Positions 44,991-58,839 of a stretch of 64,000 bases of DNA are shown piece by piece; the stretch's first letter is position 1; each line of letters begins with the position of its first letter. Position numbers and translations under genes: made by a program. The notes beneath the pieces are model-generated. The model was not told the origin of the DNA. It saw only the letters and a list, made by a program, of their open reading frames with translations, and did no database searches. Origin of the DNA: Octopus vulgaris (taxonomy: Eukaryota); the NCBI GenBank assembly GCA_951406725.2, contig OX597827.1, positions 23,498,001 through 23,562,000 on the forward strand. Direction: 5' to 3'.

Positions 44991-45288
44991 CCGAACTGGG
45001 GGTTTATTGTTAAAAATAAACTACAGTATGTCCTGTTAAAAATGCAAATTTTTCTGATCAGCCAGAGGTTATCATTTTTATCAAGGCTTCTATATTTAAA
45101 TTAGCTGAGACGAGATTTCTATGTTTAAACCCTACCGTACATTTTAGAATTCACAATTTTCAACTTGTTCAATCCTTGAAATGCTGATGGCATTGCTTAT
45201 ATTCATTTTGTTAACGTTAATTTCTCAAGATATTTATTATAAATCTTTATTGCTGACGTGTCTTAGAGTCATTTTCTATTGCAGCCAT

Positions 45289-45709
45289 GGGATCTTTTCG
45301 GTTTGAACGGCAGTTTTTTAAAAATAATTTCCACGTAACTAAAAAATTTTTAACTTCGTATACTGGTAGAATGTGTTTATAAAACATCTTTTTCTCTTGG
45401 CTTTATTGAGAAAATTCTACGGTTTGTAAGATATTTGTTGTTTTTTTTTCTTCAATTTCTGCAATTTCAACCAATCAGTGACGTCTATTGAGCCGAAAAC
45501 ATTCTGTGTCGTATGAATATGTCCCTCATTTAAGAAGCAGATTGGGTTTATTTACATTTGTGAAGAAAAAAAGATACCCTTCCCCCCACTCCCACCCCTA
45601 ACCCTAAAACAGATTGAAATGCAGTAGATCGATACCAGGATCATAATTATGGGTGACAATTTCATGTGACACCGCTAGAAAAAACTGCCGTTCAAACCGA
45701 AAAGATCCC
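45289..45709. mobile_element. MITE with ~30-bp TIRs, superfamily unclear
   Basis: gggatcttttcggtttgaacggcagtttttt / aaaaaactgccgttcaaaccgaaaagatccc. Flanks agccat and aaccat. Confidence 0.85.
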
Positions 45710-45810
45710 AACCATGTTTATCCACTTTCGTTGACATCATGTTTTATAGCCGTTGTTCAATACTTTATTTTCCGCCAAAGTTCATCATTGCTATGTTTAT
45801 CTCTCTTCAG

Positions 45811-45933
45811 GCATCTAGTCCCGCCTGCACTGAACTGGAAGCTATCGTCATGGATTGGCTGGCCAAAATGATTGGTCTACCTTCAGAATTCCAACATCGC
45901 AGTCCTCAGACGAACGGTGGAGGTGTCATACAG
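45811..45933 (+). CDS. HDC: Histidine decarboxylase-like next coding exon, 123 nt, phase 0/0
   Basis: Boundaries are ctctcttcag|GCA...CAG|gtagag. Translates [41 protein letters not shown], which directly continues the previous exon ([14 protein letters not shown]) in HDC/DDC family proteins. Confidence 0.94.
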
Positions 45934-47746
45934 GTAGAGACCACTCTGTGTTATTATTGCTGTTGTTATTGATATTGTTTGTTTATTGATTTTGTTATTG
46001 ATAGGCATCAGGTCAGTCCATATCAAACAGACGTATGATCAACGTCGTTCCAGGTGTGACCAACCTGTATTTTATTCAGACGATCTATTTACGACTACTT
46101 TGTCCATTGAACTCTCTTTGCATTTAGCTCACTTGTGGAGCGATCATGTAAAGGACGATACCTTGGTTCGCATGGCTTGTGAGGCTGTTGGATTTGATGG
46201 TGAGGGACGGCGGTGGAAATGATGGCGGAGGTGATGTGAGGATGATGTCGACACTACAGCTGCCAATTATTATGATGTTGATGATGACGAGGACGCAGAG
46301 GAGGTTGATAATGTTTGTAACGGCAATGATGAAGGGGAGAAGTGGTGGCGGCGGCGGCGGCGGTGGTGGTGGATCTTGATAATAAAGTTAATGAGGATGT
46401 GTATAATAAAAAGGGGAATAAAAATGAAAAGTTTGTTGCTGTCATTGATGATGATGATGAAGAGGAGGAGGAGGAGGGAGAAGGGGATTGGGAAGATCGA
46501 ATTCAGTGTTGGCTGCCTTTAGTGGAGTCCATTCTTTAGCATTTTGTTCGACACGCTAATCATTCTGCCTTAATAATTCTTTCTAATTTTTGGCCCGAGG
46601 CCAGCAGTTTTGAGGGGAGGGGGCATAGCTGATTACTTCCCCCCCCCCCCTGAGCTCGACTCATATTTTATAGACCGCGAAAGGATGAAAGGCGAAGTCG
46701 ACTCCGGCGGCATTTGAACTCCGAACGTAGAGCCGAAAGAAATGCTGCTAAGCATTTTATCCGGCACCTAAATACTTTGTTTGCATGTTCGTTAGACTTA
46801 TGCTTTTCCTTTTTTTTTTTTTTGCTTTTTGCTTTCATTGTCGGCAATGTTTTTGTTGTTTTTGATATTGTTAATGTTATTGCTGTTGCAGAATTTAGTT
46901 TAAGGAATTTGCTGATGCCGTGTGAAAATGGCTTAAAGCTCAGCCAATAATGGAAAATGGAGGATAATTCGATACTTAAGTAGCGATCCCTTCCAAAATA
47001 ATAATCCTATAACATTTCCTATCATTTCCGAGAAGCCGTCTTATTTTACGCTGCTTCATCTCAATGATATTTCACAATTATATTCCTCTTCTCCGTTCCT
47101 CATCCTTTCCCTTTCTTCTGCTTCTCCTCCCACCCCCACCTTTATACCATTCATTTCAATTTATTCTATTATGTCTTCTGTCTTCATTCCATATTTATTA
47201 CCCCCGCCGTTTATTTTAATGAAGTTATCCATTTCTGTATGTTGTTATATATATTGTCAATGCGTGCGTAAATCGGAGAAAACCTGAGCGTTGAACTAAA
47301 TACGTATGCGATATACATTCTGAGTTGTGGTCCATTACGGCAGGTGATGAATTTAGCCAAGTCCGGAACAAAGTCAGCAATTTTAAGGGTGGATTAAGTC
47401 AATTACATCGACCCTAATACTCAGTTGGTACTTAATTTATCGACCCCGTAAGGATTTAAAGCAAAATCGAGCTCGGTGGAATTCGAACTCAGATCGGGAA
47501 GAGTCGGAAGGAATACCATTCCGCATTTTGCCCGACTCACTAATGAATTTGCCAGCACGCTGACTTTAAAGAGTGAAGTAATAAATACCAGTTATGTTTT
47601 GGGATCAAAGTAACTAAAACTGCGAATGCAATGTCACAGAATTGTCGCAGAAAAGTGACTGCATTCACAGAATAAAAAAAGATTGTGTATGAATTGAACG
47701 AACATGGTACAATACAGCGAAAACACGAGACCAAACAGGTCTCGTA

Positions 47747-48930
47747 TCAGGTCATCCCATAAGTTCTGTCCGAATTTTGAATAAAGAAAATAAGTTATCA
47801 AATGTTATATTTAATTGAAATTTAATCATCAATGTAAAACTCTTGGTTTCAAAGCGAAGAACTCTGAAATGTCAGTTTCGACCTCCTCCTGGCTTGCGAA
47901 AGTTATGTCCCCCAAATGATTCTGTAAACTACGAAACAAATGGTAGTCTGAAGGAGCAAGGTCGGCAGAATAAGGTGGATGAGGAATTTTTTCCCAACCA
48001 AGCTCTTCGATCTTCTTGGAGATGATCTTTGCAGTTGGGGTCGCGCACTGTCCTGATGAAACATCACTCCTTTTCGATTCACTAAAGCGGGTCTTTTTTT
48101 CTTCAAAGCTTAGTTCAAACGCTCTAATTGCTGACAGTAGACTTGAGCATTGATTGTTGCATTAGGTGGTAACAATTCAAAGTGAATTACTCCTTTGCAA
48201 TCCCACCAGATAGAGGGAAGAACCTTTTTCCCATGAAATTCTCTTCTCGGTTGTGGTTGAGCTCTTTCCCTTTTACCAAGCCACTGTTTACGACGCTTAC
48301 CATTTCGATAGAAGACCCATTTTTCGTCACCAGTCACAAGTTTATCAAAACAGGGTGAAATGAGTTCGCGAGAATGGAGAGAAGAGCAGATGTCAGCTCG
48401 GGATTTGCGGTTGCTTTCGGACAATTCATGAGGCATCCATTTTCCAAGTTTAGGAGCCTTTCCAAGTTGTTGGAGATGACGATGAACAGTTGTATGGTTT
48501 TAACTAAGCTTCATTGCCAATTCTGCAACTGATAATGCATGATTTTCTGGACGCCCTGTTCGATCTTCATCTTCAAGGCTGAAATCTCCACTTCTGAATT
48601 TTACAAACCATCTTCTGCAAATTCTTTCATTCAAGCATTCTTCCCCATAAACTTAGTGTATGATTCGAGTCGCTTCGGCTACAGGGTTTCCTTTTTTGTA
48701 CTCATAAAGCATTATGTGCCTTAAATGCTCTTTGGATACTTCCATGTTAGAAAGGGTTTTAATCAAAGAAATTTTAATTCTATTATTCTGTAAAATAATA
48801 TTAACTTAGTTTAAATGTACACAAATGCATAAAAATAATTTCTAATTCCATCAGACATTCAAAAATACTATTAAATTTCATTCAATTTTTAAAAAAGGTA
48901 AAATCGGAATGAACTTATTGGATGACCTGA
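47747..48930 (-). mobile_element. Mariner (DD34D) transposon, degenerate
   Basis: TA-flanked TIRs tcaggtcatcccataagttc / gaacttattggatgacctga. Fragments WMPHEL, VTGDEKW, HQDSARP and DLAPSDY are broken by stops and frameshifts. Confidence 0.9.
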
Positions 48931-48999
48931 TAGAAGCAGCATTCGGCTAATTATATATATATATATATATATATCCCTTGTCCCTTCCTTCTCGCTCTT

Positions 49000-49054
<55 letters not shown>

Positions 49055-49728
49055 GTCTTTCCCTCCCCTTCCTTTCTCAGTCCCACTGATTTCTTTTCGC
49101 TCTCTGCTATTCCTTTGTCCTTCGACCCTCTTCAACTCTTTCCCTCTCCTACCACGGGATCGATGTCCGGTCAAGGCATTTGTCCATTGTATGTGTATAA
49201 TTCTTTTTCTGTGGCACTTGCATTATTTATTTTATAGCGTTACGTTCGTCAAATAGTCGAAAGACCTTTTCTCTTATTTTTTTTTTTTTTGTATTTGTAA
49301 ATGTACAATTATTTTCCTTCTGTTGTATAGCCGAAAGGTGTTCGTCTGTTGTATGTGTATAATATAATTCTTTCTTGTTTTGCTTCCGTTCTTGTTTTCG
49401 TCCTTGCATACATTCGTTTGCTTTTCCAAGAGGCTTAATGCATTTCACTTAAGTCTCCAGCACTTGCCAGATTCGAGCAGTCTCAATGGTAAAAAAGTGC
49501 GAAACTGCAAAGACTTCCGGACACTAAATGAAGAGGAAATCGGCTGCGAAAGATCTGTGTATCTTGTTTGTATCCTGTTTACCGTTTGTTATGTTATCGT
49601 CTATTTTTCGGTATGTTGTGTTTTGCTGACTTTCCGCCTGCTGTGTTCTTTCTATTCTACCCTTAATTTATCCATGCGGCGCACCGTACAACCTGTTGTT
49701 TACATTGTTTATATATATATACATACAT

Positions 49729-49860
<132 letters not shown>

Positions 49861-50042
49861 AGAGTTTACGAAAAATCAACAAAAGACGATGACAGGTGGT
49901 GTACAAAACAAAGATGTATTAGTATAACGTTCAGGAATAGAAAAAGTCTTACGTTTCGAGTCTACGCTCTTCTACTAAAAGGGACACAGAAAAAACAAGG
50001 AGAGAAAAAAATTAGTGTAGTGGCTAACGATCTATCATGACG

Positions 50043-50167
<125 letters not shown>

Positions 50168-50439
50168 CGTTCGTTAGTTAGTTAGCTGGAATAATGAAGT
50201 CAGATCAAATAGCAACATTTTGAAATCATTTGATGAGTACGTTTCTGGTCTACGTATTATGTAACAGGAAATGTATCCATTACGTAGCAAACCTTCCTCG
50301 GCTAAAGCATTTCAAAATATCTCTAATTGGTCTCACTTCATTGTTACAACTAATACAACTCGATGTCAGTGCAAACAAGTCGGTCCAGACTCCGTTTTTG
50401 CGGATACAGTATCAATGATTTGCAGTAGTTTGATATATT

Positions 50440-51010
50440 TGACTCAAGTCGAAAATTCTGGTCGTGTGCACTGCTAATTAGTGTAACACTCCAATACAGA
50501 GACACGAAAATATGTCGGTTCAACTGCGCCCCTGTTTAAGCAACGTCTGAATAACCATAAGTCCTCTTTCAGGATACTGGAAAGGTGCAACGTCACGTCC
50601 CGCGTCGGCAAAATATAGCACTTAAAAGAGGAAAGAACCCCGTACATAAATGGAAGCACTTTGAACAACCAGTGTCTTACATAAACGGGAGCCTACGATG
50701 TAAGTTTGTTTGGCTAAGAGGGTAAGAATCTTAAAAGCCACACTTGACCTGAAGTCTTTTTTAAACTTCAGGAATGAACTATTCAATCAATGCCCGCATC
50801 AAAAATGTTTCCTGTTTCAGACTTCGAATTCTCCATTCGTTGAACTGTCCCGCTCGCAACACGGACATTTTTTTTTACAAAACCAACTGACCGTTACGTA
50901 TTTCTTCCTCTAGTTTCTAGAGAGGTTATGCGCCTTCAACCATTTGAGCCTGACGAGTCACCTATACCACTAAGGGCTTTATAGGTGCGAGACCAATGGT
51001 CACTCCATAA
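50440..51010 (+). mobile_element. Penelope-like element 3' fragment (GIY-YIG endonuclease remnant followed by a hammerhead motif)
   Basis: KYVGSTAPLFKQRLNNHKSSFR and FLNFRNELFNQCPHQK, followed by CTGACGA..stem..GAGAC-CAAT-GGTC. Confidence 0.75.
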
Positions 51011-51274
51011 ATGGCCATAACTTTTAACTTCATAAAAAATACCCTACTGTTCTAACGCTTTAGAGTTTGCTTCTTTTTCTGATATGCGAACTACTGACGA
51101 TATATATATATACATAGATGTGTGTGTATGTGTGTGTGGATTTGTGTGTGTGTCTCCAGCGGCATTTCCTTCTACGTGTTGGCTTGCCAATCACTCAGTT
51201 TTGGCATATGTTATCATAAAGCAAAGACAACGCCTCTAGTGATATATCAATGAAATTGTTGCTTTACTCGACAG

Positions 51275-51313
51275 AATTACGTGGCTGTTGATAATATAAG
51301 AGGCATTATACAG
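51275..51313 (+). CDS. Candidate 39-nt symmetric cassette microexon (NYVAVDNIRGIIQ) in the HDC intron
   Basis: ttgctttactcgacag|AAT...ATACAG|gtaagt. Consensus donor, open in phase 0, length divisible by 3. No homology recognised. Confidence 0.3.
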
Positions 51314-51875
51314 GTAAGTGAATTTAACGATGACAGTAGTGTGAATCAGGGCGCGCGTATCTCCCATAGACTCATGCACACATTTGTACATACATCACAC
51401 ATACACACGCAAACACACGTGTCTGTTTGTGTGTGCGTGTTGTGCCTCAGAACGCGTGTGTCTGGTAATTAGGCGCACATGAACCTCACAAAATTCATTT
51501 TAATTCGACTAAATATGGTATATTTTCACTGAAAGTGCTGTAAAACTAATACAAAATTTGTTGGTGCTATGATCAATGTATAAATGAAATAGATAAACGG
51601 AAAGGATGAATCTTGAAAATGCACAGATAAAGATTATATGCGTATATTTACATTTAAATTGCGGTGATTTTCGGAAGCATCAAGATGTTTCTGCCACAAG
51701 TGACTTCTTCAGCCGGGATGAAATGAGGCATGTTCCCGTGAAAGCTTGCTGTAATTAGCAACCGGCCACGTGGGGATGAATACCAAATAACCAGAATGTA
51801 ATAATAATAATAATAATAACAACAACAACAACAACAACAATAATAATAATAATAGTAATGATGATGATGATGATG

Positions 51876-51935
<60 letters not shown>

Positions 51936-51938
51936 GTA

Positions 51939-51977
<39 letters not shown>

Positions 51978-51979
<2 letters not shown>

Positions 51980-52375
51980 GAAGCAAATAGAAGAGGTGGG
52001 CTATAAGTACTTGGGGATATTGGATGTAGGAAGAAATGACAGAAAAATTTAAGGTGGGGTACTTGCACAGACTGAGACTGATCCTTAAGTTGAAATTAAA
52101 TTGGATGGAATAAGATTGAAGCTATAAACAAATGGGCGATTCCTCTCCTTAGATATACAGCAGGGGTAATTGCATGGACAGCAGACTAACTAAACAGCTT
52201 AGACAGAAAGACACGGAAGTTGCTGACTAGATATGGGATACTCCACCTCAAAAGTGACACAGATAGTGTATGTACCAAGAAAAAGAGGGGTAAGAGGACT
52301 GATTGGATGCGAACACAGCGTTAGAGCAAAATAAAACAACATAGCATGGTATGTAAAAAATTCCACAGTTTCGCT
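51978..52375 (+). mobile_element. R4/Dong-like RT C-terminal fragment
   Basis: YKYLG, NKIEAINKWAIP and LDRKTRKLLT after (AAT)n. Confidence 0.75.
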
Positions 52376-52864
52376 ATTATTGGACAGTCGATTTGTTCGA
52401 CTAGAATCCTTCAAGGCGGTGCCCCAGTATGGCCTTAACCCAATAACTGGAATAAGTAGTAGATAATAAAGTTAAGATGGGCGCAGGCGTGGCTGTGTGA
52501 TAAGAAGCTTGCTTCCTAACCACATGGTTCCGGGTTCAGTTCCACTGCGTGGTACTTTGGGCAAGTGTCTTCTGTTTTAGCCCCGGACCGACCAAAGCCT
52601 TCTGAGTGAATATGATAGACGGAAACCGAAAGAAGCCAGTCATGTGTGTGTGTGTTGTTGTTGTGTCTGTTTCCTCCCCACCCACCGTTTCACAAATGGT
52701 GCTCGTGTGTTTACGTCCCTGTAATTTAACGGTTTGGCAAAAAAGACCGATAGAATAAGTACTGGGGTCGATACATTCGACTAAAAGAATTCTTCAAGGC
52801 GGTGCCCCAGTATGGCCTCAGCCCAATAACTAAAACAAATAGTACACAAAAAAGATATTATCCC

Positions 52865-54000
52865 TTGGGTTGGCAACTAAGTTCCCGCTGTTTTTCTTGA
52901 ATTAAAATTTTTTTTTTAATGTTTAATAAGAAATAACAACTAATTAATCAATTGTGTATTCATCCTTGTTGTTTACAATTTCTTCCCGACGTTCAACAAG
53001 ATTTTCAATACCTCTTTGCTAGAAATCACCCAATTTTGACTCGAAAAATTGATCCAACCAAGCTCTCAATTCTGCATCAGTACTGAACAAAACTCCGCGC
53101 ATAGCATTTGAAAGAGATCGAAAGAGGTGGAAATCCGTTGGCGCCAAATCAGGAGAGTACGGCGGGTGTGGCAGCACTTCCCGGTCATGCGTTTGAATGG
53201 CTTCCTTGATGATGTTGGCGATATGAGGGCGGGCGTTGTCGTGCAACAGAAGAACTCCATGCTGCCGATCAGGTCTTTTCTCTTGAATAGCCGTGTTGAA
53301 TCGTTCCACCTGTTGAACATAGAGTTCCGTGTTGACCGTTTGGTTTCGTTCAAGCAATTCGTAATGGATAATCCCTTCCCAGTCCCACCATACGCACAAC
53401 ATCATTTTACGCGGATGAAGATCTTGTTTCATGCGCAGTGTCGCTTGTTTACCGGGGCTAAGCTATTCCTTACACTGCTTCATATTGATTTACAGGCACC
53501 ATTTTTCGTCGCCGGTACCATTCGGTAAAGAAATCGTTGCTTGTGTCCATGAGTTGAGCGGTGACGAGCAAGCAAACCAGCGGAGATTGTGGCTCGTTGA
53601 TTTTTGTTGTTGTCACTTAAAGCATGCGGAACCCACACTCCATTCTTCTGAATCTTTCCCATCGAGTGAAGATGCTTTTCTATAGCAGTGTGGGAGCATT
53701 CCATTTTCTCTGCCAGTTCTCTTACCGTTTGACGAGAATTTTCGTGCAAAAGTTGGCTTAATTGATCTTCATCGAACTCAACTGGACGGCCAGAACTAGG
53801 TGCGTCTTTGAGGTCAAAATATCCATTTTGAACTTGGCATACCAATCATGAGCGGTTCTTTCAGCTATGGCACCCTCTACATACACTGCACAAATGTCGT
53901 GAGCAGATTTTGCGGCCTTTGAACTTTGATTAAAAGCAAAAATAAAGAGGTGTCGAAAATGCTCGTTTTTCTTAACTTGACATTCCATGATCTAAAAATA
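52865..54000 (-). mobile_element. Mariner (DD34D) transposon, frameshifted, one TIR visible
   Basis: ORF pieces 53988-53019 contain WVPHAL, LHDNARPH and HPPYSPDLAPTDFHLF. TIR-like ttgggttggcaactaagt at 52865. Confidence 0.9.
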
Positions 54001-55393
54001 AACAAAAATTAACTAGAACCAAAAGTAGATTCCAAAATGATTCAAAAATAGAATTCTCGAAAAAAATAGATTCCAAAATTTAAAAACGCAATAAATTCCA
54101 TGTTACCTAGTTCTCTCCCTTTACAGAACTCTTCTCTAGGCCGGACGATCCGTTTTAAACTGTACGTTAAATTCTTGCTTTCCACATTTCATATATAATT
54201 GCAATAGAATTCAATTTAATTTAATTTCTTGCATAAAGATAACTTAGATATTTCTTTAGGAATTATCAAAATTTTAACCCGATTTCGCATATTTATTACG
54301 TTTATTAATTATCTTCTGCCTTATTACATCAATTCGCTTCTAGCGTATCTTGTCCTAGACACATCACATTGCCTAAAAGTGATTTACTCCCCTTTCTATG
54401 GGTTCACTAGTTCAAAAGTCAAAAGAAACTACTAATTCCGTATATTTATTTGTGTAAACGAAAGTATTGATAACACATAACGATTTAGCAAATAGTTATT
54501 TTAATTTGTTTTCCCTTCTCACTCGCAGTCTTTTCCAACAGACACACAAATATCTACTAACACACGTGGTACCTCTAATGGTTATATATATTACAAGGGA
54601 AATAGTCATTTCTCCGACACAGAGTAAGAAATTCGAAATTGAAGTTAAAGAATTATAAGGAAAAAAGATTTCACTTATTTATTTATTTATTTATGCTTAC
54701 TTAATACGAAGATCTTAAGATTTCCGACCATTGGTCATAATGCATAGCACTATATCATTCTTTTTAGAAATCATCAGTATGATATGACTTGTGATTTATC
54801 AATTAAACGATTTATTAAATGAGGCATTTTATTAAAGCTATGAATGAATACAGTTTAGAATGAATTTGTAGAATGTGTTTTTTCTGTTTTGTTTTTTTTT
54901 TCTAAAACGTTTGTAGATTAGGAATCAAGTAAAATAGGAAGTGAAAATGTCAGATTGAAGGTTAATACTTTTAGTTTCAGGTTCAGATAACTCCTCAAGC
55001 TGATTCCAGTGTTTTCTTTGAGAAGTTTAAATTAGTCTCAAGGCTTTATTTTTAGTGGTATTACCCCGTTTGGGTAGTGGCATAAGCATCTTTGCGTAAA
55101 TTGACACGCCTTGCCCACCGCCAACAATATACAAATGAATATATAAACAAACCATTCATCAATCTTATCCATCCATCGATTTTCAAGATTACATCTCACA
55201 TTCTACCATTATACAAGGCGTTGACTTCTATGAAGGAAATCCTTAGACTAATTCTACATTAAATATCCCTTCATAATCTTTGTTTTCTACAATCGTAACC
55301 ATGGTTCATTGCTTGATAAACTCTCCGGATCGAAACAGCCGGCAGAATGTAGCAGCACAATAAACAAATATATAAATATACATACGTGTATAC

Positions 55394-55456
<63 letters not shown>

Positions 55457-55901
55457 TGTATGTATGTATGTATGTATGTATGTATATAGATATATACATA
55501 TATAGCACATATATATGTATATATACGTATACATACACATATGCACTTGCATACCATACGCATTCACGTACACACATGTACACGCGCTCGCGCACACATA
55601 TATCGAGAGAGAGAGACTGTTATACGATTAATTATTGAATATGTCTCCCTTAATCGATATATACAACAGCTTTGATGATAGGGAAGCTATTGATTACAAC
55701 TTTTTAATATTTTCCAAAAAGACACGAAATTAATAGGGTGACCCCTGCTTTAAGGTTTCGTATTTGACAGCCCTGATTCACACCTGAGTTTCATTTACAA
55801 TAATCTGGGTTCGCTTATATATACCAGGCTGTCACATTGGTCTCTCTCTCTCTTTCTCTCTTTCTCTCTCCTTCTCTCGCTCTTTGTCTCCCCTCTCTTT
55901 C

Positions 55902-55976
<75 letters not shown>

Positions 55977-56096
55977 TTTGGGAATGAGTTACTCGACATC
56001 CTCAAAGACGTTATGACCTTATGGTGTTGGCATCGTAGATATGTTGAGAAGATGTCTGTGGCAATGGTTTACATACACTTTCACTTATTGATTTTT

Positions 56097-56130
<34 letters not shown>

Positions 56131-56133
<3 letters not shown>

Positions 56134-56417
56134 CTTTTCCTCAACAGGCCCTGCCCTATTTAACATTGTTCCGAAAGAGATCAAAGAGGAAAAGGATCCC
56201 ATCAACTTTAAACGGAGTCTGGATAGATTCCTTCAAGGAATACCAGATAAGCCACCCATAATTGGATACAACTCACTCAACAAAAACTCACTACTTGAAT
56301 GGACCATAAACAAAACTTGACTTAAACAGGATTCAGATAATCCTATCAGGTGGTGCTATTAAGTTAGACATGGCCTGGACCAATCTTTGGTCGAAACATA
56401 TCTAAGTTTTATCTAAG

Positions 56418-56420
<3 letters not shown>
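56131..56420 (+). mobile_element. CR1-group LINE 3' end
   Basis: GPALFNIVPKEIKEEKDPINFKRSLDRFLQGIPDKP, ending in a short repeated atctaagtt tail. Confidence 0.75.
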
Positions 56421-56501
<81 letters not shown>

Positions 56502-56554
56502 CGAGAGAGTATATAAAGAAAGTCAAGAATTATGAGATGAATATATTTATATCA

Positions 56555-56760
56555 CCAGTTGATATCCATAGGATGACAGCCGTTTCGAAGCCAATATCAC
56601 GCAAAAGTAATTTATTTTAGTAAATACTAAAATATTTTACATGTCTGCATTAGTGTGTCTGTTATAAACTGCATAGTACCATTGTACAGTTTACAAACGA
56701 ATGCAGGTATATATTGCTAGTTCATCAGATCAACAGAATATCATAGTTACATCAACTGTT
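56555..56760 (-). ncRNA. Hammerhead ribozyme motif with a ~135-nt stem II insertion
   Basis: Minus strand: cagttgat..gat-CTGATGA-actagcaatat..atattggcttc-GAAAC-GGCT-GTC-atc..atcaactg. Confidence 0.5.
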
Positions 56761-56989
56761 CGACTCCAGTATACACATACAGAAAAAATCATCTTCAGTG
56801 TTAATGTATGGAAGACAATAATTAATAATTAAAAAAAGTTAAAGAGGGGAGGAAAGGAGATTTAGTGTGATACTAAGAAAAGAAACAGTGTGTAATGGTG
56901 ATGAATGTAAAGATAATATATAATATCAGAGAGAGAGAGAGAGTCCGGTAGATTATCGTTACTAACCTAACGGTGTTAATTTTTTTGTG

Positions 56990-57502
56990 TGACCCCCTTC
57001 AGTCATGAATGACCATGGAATTGCACCTAGAAAGTTACCCTCCAAAGCACAGGTGTGGGCAAGGCTGTTTATGGAAGACCAGCAGTCACCCATGCATACT
57101 GGCCTCCCCTCTCCACGCTACCGATGTTATCCAAGGGAAAGGCAAAGGGGCCGATACAGCTTGGCACCAGTGGCATCGCAGCTCACTTATTAACGTGCAA
57201 GTGACTGAGCACTTCACAAACACATGTACCCTTAACGTAGTTCTCGGAGAGATTCAGGGTGACACAGAGTGTGACAAGGCTGGCTCCTTTGAAATACAGG
57301 TACAACAGAAACAGGAAGAAAGAGTGAGAGAAAGTTTTGGTGAAAGAGTACAGCAGGGTTCACCACCACCCCCTACCGGAGCCTCGTGGAGCTTTAGGTG
57401 TTTTCGTTCAATAAAAACTCACAATGCCCGGTCTGGGAATTGAAACCGCGATCCTACGACCGCGAGTCCGCTGTCCTAACCACTGGGCCATTGCGCCTCC
57501 AC
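56990..57502 (-). mobile_element. tRNA-derived SINE family C
   Basis: Minus-strand head ggaggcgcaatggcccagtggttagg..ggtttcaattccc with A and B boxes. Partial copy at ~11017-11113(+). Confidence 0.75.
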
Positions 57503-57829
57503 AACGGTGTTGATAATAGAGAGAGAAAAGAAAGTAAAAGTTCAAAGGAACGAGAGAGAAATTTGCAGATATTGTGTTTATGAAATATAGAGATTAATAT
57601 CAACGAAAAGAGAAATAAATCACTCTATGTAGATTTATGTTTACAACTTTACTTTATAGCAGAACTTTTGGGGTTCACAGGCTTGGTTTCTCATTGCTTG
57701 CAGATATCATAAAAAAGGAAAGGTTGCTAATGGATATTTTCAACAGAGACAAATTCAGATCGAAACAAAAATTTCTCGATCACTAATGAGTTTTTAAAAG
57801 ACGATACCACATGCCTATCACTCCTTGCT

Positions 57830-58512
57830 TCACTACACATGGAGACAACATGATGAATGATTTCATTTTGTTGTTGACATACATATGTTGGGCAGCTGCC
57901 ATTCTTTAATATGTTGGCCTGGTAGTTTCTTGTAGGTAGGCATTGATCTTGGGCTGCTATGATAAACCCTTCTGTTTCTGATTTAAGCCAGAAGCCACTA
58001 ACCATTGATGGGTACGGGATTTGTCAGCATTGGCATTATTAGCTCTCTTTAGGTATTTGCCATTGAGAGTTTTTTTTGCCATTTATCAGTAAGAATATCT
58101 AAGGCAACAGTTTTAGCACGGGTTTTCATGCGCTTAGCTTTTCCTGTGCTTGTTTCTAGTACGTCCAATTTTGGAAATTGCTGTATTTAGAATTCACTTA
58201 GATACTCCTTTGCCTGTTTTGTTACTGAGTATGATGCTTTCTTGTTTTCATGCTTTGAGACAAGTCTTAACATCCAGTCATCAGAGTTTTTTAGATAGGT
58301 GTCTAGACTCACTGTGGCAATCTTCATTGTTAATTCCAATTGTAAAAGTCCATGGCCTCTCTCTTTTCTTGGCAGATAAAGTCGTTCTATATCTGTCTTA
58401 GGGTGGTGCATTCTATACATTGTCAACAATTTTGGTATCTTTCTGTCAAGATTACATATTTCAGTAATTGACCAGTTAATGATATTGAATCTGTAAGTCA
58501 CCACTGGTATGG
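57830..58512 (-). mobile_element. R4/Dong-like fragment of the same family as 41465-44072
   Basis: LDRKIPKLLTMYRMHHPK, LKSETEGFIIAAQDQCLPTRNY. Adjacent to (ATT)n. Confidence 0.88.
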
Positions 58513-58515
58513 TTA

Positions 58516-58592
<77 letters not shown>

Positions 58593-58601
58593 TACTATTA
58601 A

Positions 58602-58655
<54 letters not shown>

Positions 58656-58664
58656 TACTATTAC

Positions 58665-58697
<33 letters not shown>

Positions 58698-58716
58698 CAT
58701 TATTATCATATTATCA

Positions 58717-58749
<33 letters not shown>

Positions 58750-58773
58750 CATTATTATTTATTATCATTATTA

Positions 58774-58839
<66 letters not shown>

